Assembly (NCBI GenBank): GCA_977030845.1
Contig: OZ365112.1
Location: 27,156,001-27,220,000 of the forward strand
Source: Fimbriosthenelais zetlandica
Lineage: Eukaryota
DNA length: 64,000 bases
Reading direction: 5' to 3'
Shown: one piece after another, positions 13,604 through 26,256 of the stretch
Layout of the letters: every line of letters begins with the position of its first letter
How positions within the stretch are numbered: the stretch's first letter is position 1
Program-made: the position numbers and the translations under genes
Notes under the pieces: model-generated
What the model was told of the DNA's origin: nothing
The model's database searches: none
The model's input: the letters and a program-made list of their open reading frames with translations, nothing else

Positions 13604-13890
13604 GGGTAGAGCCATGGCTTAGGCCGTTGAGTGTTTGAGTTGAATGCGGGAGGTCCCTGGTTCAATTTCACAGGCGTTCTTTAAATTTACCATTGTCTCT
13701 CTCCGCCCATTGCTGCTAACTGAGTTGTCAAAAAACAGCCAATGTTCCCACTGCATGTGGTGATAGGCATGTGAATATACCATTTTTGCATTGGAGAAGA
13801 ACTGTCCATTACTTCTCGACAGTGTGTTTCCTTTTCCTCCTGATACATCCTAGCTAAAAGGTTTGGTGATAAACAAAAAATCATCAACCA
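13604..13890 (+). mobile_element. SINE, full length with tRNA-derived head
   Basis: A-box-like TGGCTTAGGCCG, B-box-like GGTTCAATTTC, core TGCTGCTAACTG..CCCACTGCATGTGGTGATAGGCATG, then tail. Confidence 0.85.
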
Positions 13891-14586
13891 TTCCCCTTTT
13901 AAAATACCTTAAAATACCTTTTTGGAAGGCATTCTTCACATTTGAAATCAGCAATTACACTAGTGTCTGCTTGAAGTCTGCTTTTCGCACTATTCAGTCG
14001 CCAAACCGGTAGGCAATTCGATTAGTAGAACCGAGCCTTTATTGTGTGGGCTGTAAGTAGAATTCTCAGGCTCGTATTGCAATCTCCATGCCAGTGGATG
14101 TCATGTACTATCTCTGCTTCTCACGCGCCTGTGACATGCCCCCGAATCTATGTACTACTAACGCAACTTAAACCCGTCCTACCTCTGCCCGCTCCCTGCC
14201 AGAACCACTCCCTTCCATTACACGGGGAAATTTGATACAGCGCCGCGCCCGCAGGCCATTTCAACACTTTGCCACCAATGAGGAGCCATTTTCACGTCGT
14301 TCTCTGGAAAATGGTTCTTAACACTCCATAAATCAGAGCTAGCTGAGTGTCTATGTGTGTGCGCGGGTGCTATTTGGGTTCTTTGCCCTCGGACTTTGCC
14401 ATGGATGGGGAAAATGTCCATCTTTTGACCGTTTTTTTTTTCACTGGTATTTTCCCTGAGAGAGTACTGACTATATCAGGAATGCAATTTGTAAAGGCAA
14501 TTGCCTGGTGAGAACTTTATGGTCAATGAGAGGGTAGGCTTGGTCCTGCCAGGAGCAGTCATATTGCAGGGAATGCTCTCAAGAAA

Positions 14587-14771
14587 TACTGCCAACTCTC
14601 CCTATACTGGTCAGCATGCGTTTTGAGCAAAACTGACCATTCTTAAGGTCTGACCACTGTAGGGACAGTAGTTGGACAACACCTATAAGATGCACCTCCA
14701 TTCTGAGGAAAACTGACCATAATTGAGGTCTGACCAGTTAAGGGATATGACCACTAGGGGAGAGTGGACTG
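14587..14771. mobile_element. MITE with imperfect terminal inverted repeats
   Basis: Left CCAACTCTCCCTATACTGGTCA versus right TGACCACTAGGGGAGAGTGGACTG; the right part matches 44710-44756 in reverse complement. Confidence 0.55.
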
Positions 14772-15247
14772 GACATTCTGTTTCGGCCACCAGGCTTTTC
14801 TAGAGACAAATTTAAACCGATCTCTACGTGACCCAGAAAACAAAGACAATGGCGGGGGAGAGAATGTCTACCCGTGTCTTACCTCACCGGAAGGTGCTGA
14901 GCTGGCAGTAAATCCTCCACGTCAGGTAATAAATTAATTACCGTGTGGCCGCCCGTGCCCCCCACCCCCACCAACCCATCCCCCACCGCTCCACCAGAGA
15001 TATATTAGTCAAGAGACCCCGCCACAACTAACCACACACAAATTCATTAAATGTATGTTTGCATCTTGCCTCTGGCGACAGGCAAGGCTTCCCTGCTGAC
15101 CCTGAAATGGGAATGGAGTTTTATTCAATATATTATTCTGGAAACTGGTGATTGCGATGGTTGGATGGTTGTTTAACGCCATTTTAAACCATTTTTCAGT
15201 TATCCCATGACGGCGCTTACTTGTGAGAGTGAGCCCTATGCTCTTTT

Positions 15248-15390
15248 AGTGCTGCCTCATTGAGTTATCACATCCAGGCTCCATTGCTGCCATTTGAAAA
15301 GAGTAGGACATTTTGTGTCTACAGCGTCTTTCCTTCTCGTTTTGAGAAAAAATTGCTGACTGGACGCAAAACAAATATTCACTCACTATA
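15248..15390 (+). mobile_element. SINE fragment lacking the hairpin core unit
   Basis: AGTGCTGC..TTATCA..CCAGGCT joined directly to CCATTGCTGCCATTTGAAAAGAG; tail AAAAAATTGCTGACTGGACGCAAAACAAATATTCACTCACT. Confidence 0.75.
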
Positions 15391-15689
15391 TATTCTGGAA
15401 ATTCATTCTCGACCTTCCTGCTGAAACCTTTCACTATTCTCACCATGGTCTGGCCTCAAGGGTGTTCGCTTTCTAGCTTATAGTATTTGCATGAATGACA
15501 ATCTGTGAAATGAAATCCTGACGAGGACATTGGCCGTCGGATGAATTGAGTCTAGTACAAAGATTTGCGTGGGTGTCCTATCAAATCCCATTGGGACGCA
15601 AGGTGTGAATTGGTGCTGATATAGTGGTGGTTCACGGTGACTAGGGAGCATGTTTCACCCGCGTCTTATAACATTGCCCACCCCTTCAT

Positions 15690-16230
15690 CCTACCACTCT
15701 AACCAATCCACTTTTTTTGCGAGTAAAAATCTATTCCGCCCCACCCCCTTTGTCCCCCCAGCCTCGCGGTAACCACCACGTACAGGAAGCAGTTTTACGA
15801 GGCTTCATCTAGCTCTCGCGAGAGACAGCGAGACTCAGGTGGCTGGAGGTGATAACGAGGCTGGAGCCTCTGTGCCAGGAGTGCTTTTACCGGAAGCGGA
15901 AAGGGTGAAAATCCCAGGGACGGTATTTGAGGAGAGGGGGGACATGTAAATGTGCTCGATTTATTGCCTGTGTGAGACAAATAGAGCCGGAAGGTGGGGG
16001 CGGGGAGGTGGAGGGGGAGCGGCGGGGCATGGAGGGCCTGCTAAGAGGGTGGCTACCACTGGTGTAGAATCCTTATCAGGCTTATCTGGCAAATACTTGG
16101 AGGCCCCAAGAAAGTTGGATGCTAACATTAGACGCATTAGACTTACGCCTGGTCCCAAGCCGGCCTCCAGGCAAGCTTTATATACTCGTCTTCTGCTCTT
16201 GATTTTGCTCCTAGAACTCTGAGTCATCCA
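15690..16230. promoter_or_regulatory. GC-rich promoter/enhancer-like patch (ETS, Sp/KLF, GATA, CCAAT, AP-1, TATA-like)
   Basis: CCGGAAGCGGAA ~15890; CCGGAAG ~15988; GGGGCGGGG ~15997; CTTATCAGGCTTATC ~16072; TGAGTCA 16220-16226; minus-strand TATATAAAG 16184-16176. Confidence 0.45.
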
Positions 16231-16925
16231 CTAAGTCGCAAGAGGCAAGAGATTGCTTGCAATTGATGATCGCCGTGGTCCTGCATTCAATTGATGATTG
16301 TCGGGATCATGCGATTGCTTTCAATTTATCCTTGCGATCGGCGATTTTATTTCTAAACGATTCTGATTTGAGTGAAGTGCATACAATTATTATCCCTTGC
16401 GACTGGGGAGTTATCACTCATAGTTGCACTTTAATTTCAAATCATAAAACATCAAATGAATTTGGACTGAACGATAATACATTAATTCAATGCTTGTCAC
16501 AAACTTTGAAGTGAGCCATTGAATGCCCCATCCAGCTTTAAAATCAATATTAAAGATTTAAGCAAGTCTAATGAGACTATCAGTTGGAGCCTATAGTGTG
16601 CTCTGCTAAGAAAGAAAATGGAAAAGACGAAATAAAGGAATAGGAGGCTTGAATGTGGTAGTGTTTTTGGCCTATCGGTGTGATAGATGTTGGGTGTGAG
16701 CAGTCCTGACAGCTCTTGTCTTATCTTACAATATGTACTCCCCCTGCCTCCCTCCTGTCTGATTGACCTAGATAATCTTGATCCCTGGTCCAACCTGGGG
16801 CACGTTTCATAAACGCTATCACTAATTAATGAACTGAGATGAGAAGCGTTTGTTGAGGGGTTTTTAACTGTCAAAGGGGCATGAAATTCCCTAACATTAG
16901 ACCTAGAAAGCACGAGGTCTCTGCA

Positions 16926-17080
16926 TGGTTCAATGCACCAAGCATTCTCTGAATTTGGCGCTGTGCCGCTCCACCCAGTACTGTTCACTGGGTCGTCAAA
17001 AGCCAGCCATGTCTCCCACTGTCTGTGGTGGTGAGAGGCATGTAAAAGAACCATTGCTGCCATTGGAGAAGCATGTTCGA
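16926..17080 (+). mobile_element. SINE copy
   Basis: GGTTCAAT..CCAAGCATTCTCTGAATTTG..AGCCAGCCATGTCTCCCACTGTCTGTGGTGGTGAGAGGCATGTAAAAGAACCATTGCTGCCATTGGAGAAG. Confidence 0.9.
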
Positions 17081-18379
17081 TTCAGCATTTCTCATAATTG
17101 TTGAGAATTTGAATAGCAAATTGTTCTCGTCTGATGTTCCAACTCTCTCAGCTTTAAGTGGCAGTCCCTATGCCTTTCAGGATATGCATACGGGGATTCA
17201 GGGCTTCAGGATGAGCGAATGGGCCTTCGGGCTTTATGATGAGCGGGCTTTTTAATGTAACAGTCCCCATGACTTTTAAAAGTTACATTTTTTTTCTGTG
17301 TCAGTCCCCATGGCATCGCCCACCAGCAAATAATCACCATGCGGCACAAGATGCAACCTGCGATAGACTGCCCAATCGAAACTGACATGGCTGACTACTT
17401 AGGTTCCTGGAATGGAATAAATTACCATGGCAACCACGCCAGTCCTCTCTATATACATATATCCCCTGATACCACTTAAGACTGGTAGGAAATGGCTCTT
17501 GTCCCCCACCTTCCCTTAGCCATCCTACCTCAGAAATCATCGAGATAGGCTTGGCTGGGTTGGTTAGAACAAATGCAGCTTTCGTACTTAGATCGTGCAG
17601 GCCCGATTCTACACTTTCTCGACAGGTCCCCCTTTTCGTAAACAATGGGATGGTAATAGAATGAGTTGGTTATAACTGCTTTTTGTCTGTCATGTCATCG
17701 GTTCTCACACTTCTTGTGTGGATCGAGTGAAATCCAGTTTACATCAGACAATTAAAGAGATTGATAAATGGTCGAATGATCGGGTTGATTTTTACCAAAT
17801 GCCCACAGTACATTGGTGGGTTGAGTAAGTGTGGATCTTATGTCATTGATAAAACCTGGAGAGAATCAGATCCAGTGTATGTTGGAGCTGCTCATCTTCA
17901 GTTAGAATCCATGAGGAGCAGATTCAGCCAGGGCCTCCACACCCGCTGACTTAACCTGACAGCCTTAATTCTATTAGCTCAACCTTCAACTAGGCCATCA
18001 CGTCATGTCCGCATTGTCTCTACCCCCTACCATGCAACATAGACGTGTCTCAAGTCCTTTAGCAATCTCATATCAAATAAACCAAATCTCTTAGCAATCA
18101 AATCAAATCACCTGCCGGAAATCAGATCAAAGACATTTAGACTAGGATGGGATTCAATGGTTTTGCTATACCTTATTTGATGAAAAGTATGGGCTATATA
18201 ACATTTTTCAACCTAATAGGGCAGTGCATGTCTAGACGCCCTAGAGTGACCCAAACCTCCCACCCCTCCATTTCCTGTTCCTTTCCAAGCCTTTCCATGA
18301 TCTGCCCCTACTCCCCCCACCCCATCCCCCACCCCCCTCTGGCGCCATGATGGATGGGCCTGCGCACACCTTACCTGTG

Positions 18380-18393
18380 GTTGCCATGGTTAC
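18380..18393 (-). promoter_or_regulatory. RFX X-box motif
   Basis: GTAACCATGGCAAC on minus matches the X-box consensus GTHNYYATRRNAAC. Confidence 0.5.
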
Positions 18394-19158
18394 TAATTGG
18401 ATGGACGGAAGCAGTAGAACACCTGATCAGAGAGTGAATGCTGCCGGGAATTAAACGCGATCCCCCGTCTGCACCAGCAGAATTAGACGGCTAAGATTCC
18501 TTCCCTCCCTCCATCTACAATTCCACCTCCAATGTAAGGACAGACTCTATAAGGGGCATTCTCATAAAAAATATACGTATTTCTCATGTTTAAAATGAGT
18601 TATTTACGCAGTCCCTGTTATATATTCATGGGAGAGTCTATATAGGACCTTCCAATTAAAGACAAATACTGAGAGTCATTGGTTCAGTGGAAATTGTGTT
18701 TTTAAACAACCCCTGGTGCCATATTCATGGAACTGCCTCACTAATTATAAAACCAATGAACTTCTTAATTGGAATACATTAGATCTTGACACATTGGTCA
18801 TAAAGATGAAATAGTGGTGTTGGTTCTTAGAAATGGTCGCTTTAGGGAGTTCATTCTAGTGGTGTTCAAAACATTGGCTTCTGACCATTGAGTGGGCACA
18901 TATAGCTGGATGGTCGCCTTATGCAGTATGCTATCATAGTATGCTCTCATCGTCTCATAGAGTACAAGTTTGTTTCTGGCCTTTTAGTGCTCACATTGGG
19001 AGATGTCAATTTTAGTGAGGTACCTGTTTAGCTTCCCCTCACTGTAGGCTATTTACTTAAATTTTCAAAAGAAGAAAAACCAGAGTAAATGGAGCAGTAG
19101 GACAGGCGGGGATGGAGGTCACAGATAGGGTGTGAACGGCCGGGCGTGTGGCGGCGAG

Positions 19159-19340
19159 TGATAAGCTACCGTCTGACGGGTGATAAGGTGTTTGGTGGGT
19201 GATAAGCCTACAGCTTATCATGTGTGACGTGTGACATGCAGCCTGACCTGTTACTTCACCCTCTATAGCTGTTAAACGGCGCTTCCTATAGCTGTTAAAA
19301 CAGCAGCGATGGTCTTCACCCCAGGCTATCAACTGATAAC
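19159..19340. promoter_or_regulatory. Homotypic GATA-site cluster
   Basis: TGATAAG at 19159, 19181 and 19200; CTTATCA 19214; TGATAA 19334. Confidence 0.55.
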
Positions 19341-20124
19341 CTTCACCGATCATCCTCACACATAGTATTCGATCGCATTTCATAAAAATAAGCAAGAAAT
19401 ACACACTTTTCAAATAAAGTAAATTCACTTTATTTAATTATTTATTTACCAGGTAGGAATACCGTTTCTTAAAACCAATAGTCAACGGTAACCACCGCAT
19501 CAGTGTACTAAATCCATTATACACGTGTACACATACATAATCATATTTATTGATCATTTCTATATTGGACCTTTTCAGTGAATAATTTGCCTGTTCATTA
19601 ATAATCTCCTATATACATTCTCCTCTATATATAAGCCGTAATTTTGCGTGATAAAGCCCAGGCAGCCCATGATGGTCTATCGGCAGTCATCGATCCCTCC
19701 CCACTATACATCACAGCCCATCCCGGCGCTGTAAACATCTGTATCACTGTTACAGCTCGCCCACCTCGTGCTCACTCAGGCGGAACACCTGCTTCCTCAC
19801 TCGATAATTCAATATACATACAAAGTCTCTACTTTATCTCCTCTCACCCCGCCCCTTGTTGTGTGGACTCCAGCTTTGATTTTTGAGACTCAACACATGT
19901 TCATTGGAATCTCCATATTGGAAACGATTATGGAATTTCTTTCATAATTTTTAGCCAACTTTTATGTTCAATTTGTTTGATGAATGTGTTGGTACATTTG
20001 GAAGAGCCCTGGAGGCAATTAAAGAGTTACGGTTCAATCCCTTGCACTGCCCAACATGAGACTTGCTCAGTTTAAAATTTAAAACAAATATCAAACCGAT
20101 TGGGCTAATTCTGGTCTTACAACA

Positions 20125-20187
20125 GGATGGTCGGTTTAGTGAGATGGTCTCTCTGTGAGTTGGTCGGCTAAGTGAGACCCCACTGTA
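20125..20187. mobile_element. MITE right-end fragment
   Basis: GATGGTCGG..AGTGAGATGGTC..TGGTCGGCTAAGTGAGACCCCACTG-TA. Confidence 0.55.
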
Positions 20188-21899
20188 CGCGCCTGCTCTG
20201 AGCTAGCACCTTATGGTTTAGTAATATCTTGGATCATGATGTATGGAGGGGCTGTACCAGTTGAAGCTCCTATAACCATGATTGCTCTTTATTTATGGCC
20301 TGGTTTTCACTCAGGCTAAAAGGCGGGATGTTTCCTCTAGAATGCCACCATCTGTCATCATTTGTTCTTCATCACTAGCACGTACAGAGAGAGGGGCTAA
20401 CGTGTGCACGGGCCAGATACATATCTGGCTATTCCACCCACTGAAATAGTACCTCTACAGAAAACCTCACATATGCTCCTTTATGGTTGAGATGCGGGGA
20501 TGAAAGTTGTCAGGCAATTGCCCTGAATTCAGGTTTTTCCGAATTCCAGGAAATGTCCTGGTTTCCAACCGGGTGCTGACAAAAATAGAATTTCCTGTAA
20601 TCTATATATATATATATATGTCAGCAAGATCATTTGGAAATCATTTAATTTATCACTTAAAAAGTCCCATTTGAACAATATATTTTTCGGTATATTTTGT
20701 TGTCATTATAGAAATCCTTTGAAAAAAGGAGTGAAAATACCGACACATTTTATAAGAAAACATAGTTTGAGCTCGGGTAAGGGAACCAACCACTCGGAGT
20801 ATGCTTCTGGGGGTAGTCTCAGAAATAGGCCTAAATATGACTAATAGCCATTTGGTAACTGAACTAAATGATTTATAACTGAAATAAATGAATAAAACCT
20901 GTATCAGGGACTTGAACAACTCCAGCCGGGACCTGCACTCCATTAGGGGAGTGAACCTGGTGGAGGGCAAGTACGAAGCCACACCACCATTTCTCTTGTC
21001 TATAGAATCCACAGATTTTTTTCAAGCATTACATGCACATGGCTTCCAGGCCCTACGGCTTGCCATTTACAACAACAGTATAATATTGTGCCTGTAAGTA
21101 AGTAAAAATGCGGAAACTGTTATATCTTGCACAGCCACAATGGTATCTCTATCATATGGGCTTTGTAATTGCATTTGCATGATTCATGGAAATGCTTAAT
21201 GCATTTGGCTTTCAGGAGTCGAATTTTCCCTATTTGAATGCACTATTTCTGAGATGACTTAGGTCTAAGTAGGGATATATTATTTCCCTCTTCTACCAAA
21301 AGCGACTGTAACATCACACTATCCCAATCTCTCGTAGGTCAAATGATTTTAACACATCCGAAGTGAAGTTACTAAAATTGACCATACCTCTATGTGACTA
21401 CAATTATTTGATTCCCAGGTCGCATTAGTGAAACGCACTGTAACTTCTGTAAACAATATTTACCTGAAATCACTGATATTAGATGTGGCATATTTGTGTG
21501 GTAATAACCATCCTGTTTTTGTAGTGTCAGTAATGTTGTTTTCGGGGAGTGCTTACAGACACGTTGCCCCAGGGTTGTTTTTCCGCTCACCAGGAACATA
21601 TTTCAGAGAGCAGCTCCGAAGGGCAAAAACGGAGATAGCTTCAGCTCCCGGGAACTCCCAGCCTGATGAAGGTGGTAATTGGCTGGTTCAGATAGAAAAA
21701 ATAGTGATGCTCAACAATAGTATGTTTCCCATAAGTTTATATATAGTTATGTTTGGCGGAAACCCTCTTACAATCCCACAGTCGCAATAAGATTGAAAAT
21801 CATGAGTATCATAAAATTTAGTATTCAATATATACATTAAAAATACTTAACAAATCTGATAACATTTTAATTGGAGGTTTTATGCAGGCAAATTATGAG

Positions 21900-22135
21900 G
21901 ATCTGAGGTGGGCAAAGAGAGAGGAGAGCGACGGAGAGAAAGGGGGTGAGAGTGTGGGTGAGGAGAGAAGGATAGAAAAAGAAGACAGAGGGAGGGAGTG
22001 AAAGGGTGGGAGAGGAGAAAGAGAGAACGAGAGAGGGAGGGAGTGAGAGTGTGGGAGAGGAGAGAATATAGAGAGAGAACGAGAAAGGAGAGGGAGACAG
22101 ACAGAGAAACAGAGAAGATTGTGCGGGTAATAGGG
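21900..22135. repeat. GA-rich degenerate minisatellite
   Basis: Three imperfect GGG(A)GTGAGAGTGTGGGAGAGGAGA units in a purine-rich tract. Confidence 0.8.
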
Positions 22136-22589
22136 AAGAATATCCAGGGGTGTAAGTGGCGATTTGCATGATGATAACAGTGCATGGTGGTAATGGAAGC
22201 TATCAGGTTGGAGTAAGAAGCAGCTGAAGATGATGATGATGCCTACTGCTTGTTGTCAGTGGAGAGGAGATAAGGCAAGAGGTGGTTACACAGGTGAGAG
22301 TGGGGGGTGGGGGGAGATAGTGGGGGGTTGAGGCACTGATAACTGGCAGACGCTGCATGTTTACCTCAGGTTACAGGAGCAGGTACCTGTACCATTACTC
22401 ACTGGAGGAGTGAGTAGTAGATGAGCAACAGGAGGAGCAGCTCACCTCACCTCACCCGGGCTCATACAGGTTCTATAACGTACCTGAGGCCCGTCTATAC
22501 ACTCCCATTTCTGGCATTCCTCTCAGACCAAGAGAGGCAAGATAGTTGTTTACAGCGGCTAAACTTGGAGAGAGATCTTTTTCCTATAC

Positions 22590-22690
22590 AAGAGCGAAGA
22601 GGAGGGAGATATGGGAAGAGAGGGAGAGAGAGAGGAAGAGGGAAAGAAGAGTAAAACAGAAAGGAGCGAAAGAGAGGAAAAGTGAAGACT
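22590..22690. repeat. GA-rich tract
   Basis: Purine-rich simple sequence on +. Confidence 0.75.
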
Positions 22691-23139
22691 GGATAGCAAT
22701 TTGCGAGGCGTTTCCTAATTTCAAATTTCTAAATTCGAAACTTTTGACCCTCTATTCAAGTAAATTATTGAACTATTAAGATGCGAAATATGCTTCCCTG
22801 AAATGCCCAATAATCTAGGCCAGCTCTCCTTGATTTAGTAGTAAATACAAAGCGGACTGGATGTAGGTGAAGAGAAGCAAGGTGACATTGCCGTGGCCTT
22901 GCTTTAGCTCTTGGATCCTGCCTGTATATAGATATAGGTGGTTGGCAGTGTTAATGGGCACCTCACTGTAACATGTGAAGCTACATCAAAGTATGACAGG
23001 CTCTTAATAGCTTTATGTCAGTTGAGGGGGTGGGGGGTACAGGCCTACCCTCTCCAAAACCTATAACCCGCTGATTTACTATTCGGGTGTGAGAGAGCAC
23101 ATGCTACAAGTTGATAAGTGGGCCCGTGATTCTGGCAGT

Positions 23140-23360
23140 CAAATCCCGGAGGTCCCGGGTTTAATTCCCCAAGCATTCTCCAAATTTGCCATTGGCCTTC
23201 TCCACTGCTAACTATGATATCAGGAGCCAGCCATGTCTCACTGTTTATGGCGAATAATCTGTAGGGGAATCATTGCTGCCGTTCGAGAAGAGTAGGCCAA
23301 TTTATGCCGAGAGCTTGTTTCCTACTTGTCATGAGATAGCTTAACAATTGCTGACTCAGA
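23140..23360 (+). mobile_element. SINE copy
   Basis: GGAGGTCCCGGGTTTAATTCCCCAAGCATTCTCCAAATTTGCCATTGGCCTTCTCCAC..GCCAGCCATGTCTCACTG..CATTGCTGCC..GAGAAGAG. Confidence 0.85.
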
Positions 23361-26256
23361 TAGAAATCAGGGTGGTGGATTCGAATCTTTATTCTGAACA
23401 TTCTGCAGAATAGATCAAACCAGCACGAGAAGCGGTTATATCAATTGAAAAAGTTTTTGCTGTAAACAAGGCCTGGAGTTAAATTAAATACATTGCATTG
23501 ATTAATAACAAAGGTCCTGTCTATTTCCTCTTGCAAATGAATGGTAATTAAATGAGAGCATCTCAGTCGAAAAGGAAATTAGAATGCGAACGCAGGCTGC
23601 AATTAGTGCTGATGAATTAAATTTTTACTTTTCAAGCAGAGCATCATTAAGCCTGATCTGCATGTCGCTGTGCTGTGTTTGTTAACGGCCTTCGCCTTTG
23701 GAATACTACAATGTGTTCAGTTTAGACAGTATCTCGTAGACAGTATCTCTTCACTTGTATACTGATTTTTAAACAAAGTTTTATTCCGAAGAAAGCTATT
23801 GCTTGTCGTGGGGGTATGTTGCCTATTTTAGAGCAAAAGGAGGACATGACATCGCTCCACCACCCACCCCTATAGAACCCTAAATATTGCCTCCCATCTG
23901 GCTAACCGTCTTTGAAACAGGTTTTTATTTTCGTTTTCTCGACATACGTTAATTATGGAGGTCAAACTGCCAAATGCTAATATAAGTAATTGACAGAACG
24001 ACTGACGCATGTCAGGGAAACGGCTCAGTGGACATCTCTCTTTACCCAATGACTTGGGAAATTGGTGAATTGATATCTCTGAAGATGAAGACCATATTTA
24101 AATTTATATTTATACTGAAAAGTATCCCATGTAGGGACTCTTTGTGACAATTGTAGCAAGGCAAACGATGAATATATTGAAGACTGACCCTTGTAGGGAC
24201 TCTTTGTTACTGCAGTGCATATATCACTGATTTGCTCGGTATAGAAACATTTCCACAGTACCTTATAAAAAAATATCTACAGGCAAACCTATATTCCATG
24301 GAAAAAGTCAGTTAAATGGAAGAGACATGGTTGTCATCAGAATGCTTAGCCAGTACCTTGTCGCATTTATCGAGTCAACATGGACTGCCATCTTGTATGG
24401 CTGACTGCTATAGGTTAGCTCTGTAATATCATTCTTCTCTATCCCCGCAAAAAACAGTTTGTGAAAACATCTGTGTCATCGCTTCCCCCTACTGTAGTCA
24501 CACCAGCACCACCTCCTCTAAAGTTACAGCTTATTTGTCCCATGTCACACTGACTTACATTCACCAGTTTTTCACCATGTGTTGTGATCTTGCTAGCCCC
24601 TACCTTTTTTTTTGTTTTTCCACTCTGACCTTTCTTCCTCTCGTTTGCACCAGCGGTTTGGAGTAAGTACATGTGCTACAGGATGCAAGAATGAGAGCGC
24701 TGGTGGATTTAGAACTATGTTTTCTCGGTAATAATAACCTGTTTATTAAAAATTTGAATTCGTATATAAATTTCCCATCAAATTGGATACAAATTCGACC
24801 ATGAAAAGCCCAATTTGTAGTGTTTTAGATCCTGTTCTCGACTTTGAAAAGACAAGGGTCGCGATGTGATTGTATGTCATAAATATTCCCAACTCCTCTA
24901 CCAGATGTGTTCTTGAATTTGGAATGGACCGACCCCAAATATATGCTAAAAGTAACCTCTCAAAAAGCAACCCCTGAACACCAATTATACCATAATCACA
25001 TACATATACCGACCAACTATAACACCCATGCATTACACCACCATTCATTCAGTCCCTAGCACCCATCTTCCACCTGCCCTATAATAAGACCCCATCATTT
25101 CTCCGAGCTGCTCCCACCCGCACACCCTCCCCCATCCCCATCTCCAGCCTCTCAGTCCCACATATATATTCCCTCCATTCTTACTACCTGTCATTTTGCC
25201 TTACACGTTCCCTCACCCATAAATGACGCATTGTGCCCTGCCCAAGCACGGCTCAAGCACCTTCCTTTCACTCCTACTTGATTGATAGCATTTCTTTTCT
25301 TTCCCAAGACCCAAAGGCTCCGGCCCTGATATCGCCAGCAAGACTGGCCTTGCCAGATCCATTCAAAACAAACCAATGGTCAGTCCTTCAGTTCTTCATG
25401 GCTTTAGGCTCTCACTCTCTCTGCCTGTGATTCACATTAAATGCCTTCTCGTCTCTGGCGTTTGGTGCATGGCCATTAAAATCGCCCTCGCCAATGCCAG
25501 CTGCCTTTTGCTGAAAAGCTTGAAGACTTTCCCCCATCCCTTAGATGTGTTGACCTCATTTGGGGACAACAATTCTCCAAGCTCTCACTCTCTCATGGAC
25601 CAACGTTACTTCGAGTAGAAAGTACGTTAACCAGGAGAATGTTGTGTATTTTAAGCAACTTTTAAATGGTTAACAGCAGTTCTTGACTCTTGTCAGAAAT
25701 GAATGAATGAATGGTAGTTTTATGCCATGACAGCTACTAAGACTACATGTATATTCACTTCCTGTAAGGTACCTGAGTAGCTCTTGACCCTATCATAATG
25801 TAGTTTTGAGAGCAAGAAGACCCGAGTCATGAATGAATTCCCCATTTTCCTCTTCCTCAGCTCCTTTTGTGTTGTCCATCATTCATGACATGGACTTTGG
25901 TCGATCATGATGAAGCCAGCACAGTGGTGGCGTTCAGGACCACCCCCCCCCCCCCCCCTTTCAGAGGTGACGCTCAAACAATCTTTGTTCTAACTATCTT
26001 TCCCCTAGCCCCACATATACCTCCCCTCCTCCACTGGCACACACCAAGTTTCCAAAACCTTGTGTCGACTCATGTCAATCTGTGGTTGTTAAGAAGCCAG
26101 CCATCTCCCAGGGACGAAGCCACTCCTCTCTGTAGGACATGTGAATGATAGACATTGTGATCTTTCTTCTCCCTGTCACCCAACTCGTGACAGCCACAAG
26201 AACTTGATGTGATGAGGGACTCCCCTCCAACATTACCCCATCCCTCAAAGCCAAGC

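Noticed and set aside
13604-13675. tRNA gene
   Set aside because: Only A/B-box-like and T-arm-like parts are present, with no closing acceptor stem; it continues into the SINE body, so it is a SINE head.
15961-16227. 88-aa minus ORF with a proline-rich tail
   Set aside because: The Pro run comes from GC-box-like G tracts; no recognisable family; better explained as regulatory DNA.
17941-17954. 28S rRNA 5'-end-like ACCCGCTGACTTAA
   Set aside because: Short imperfect match with no flanking rRNA sequence.
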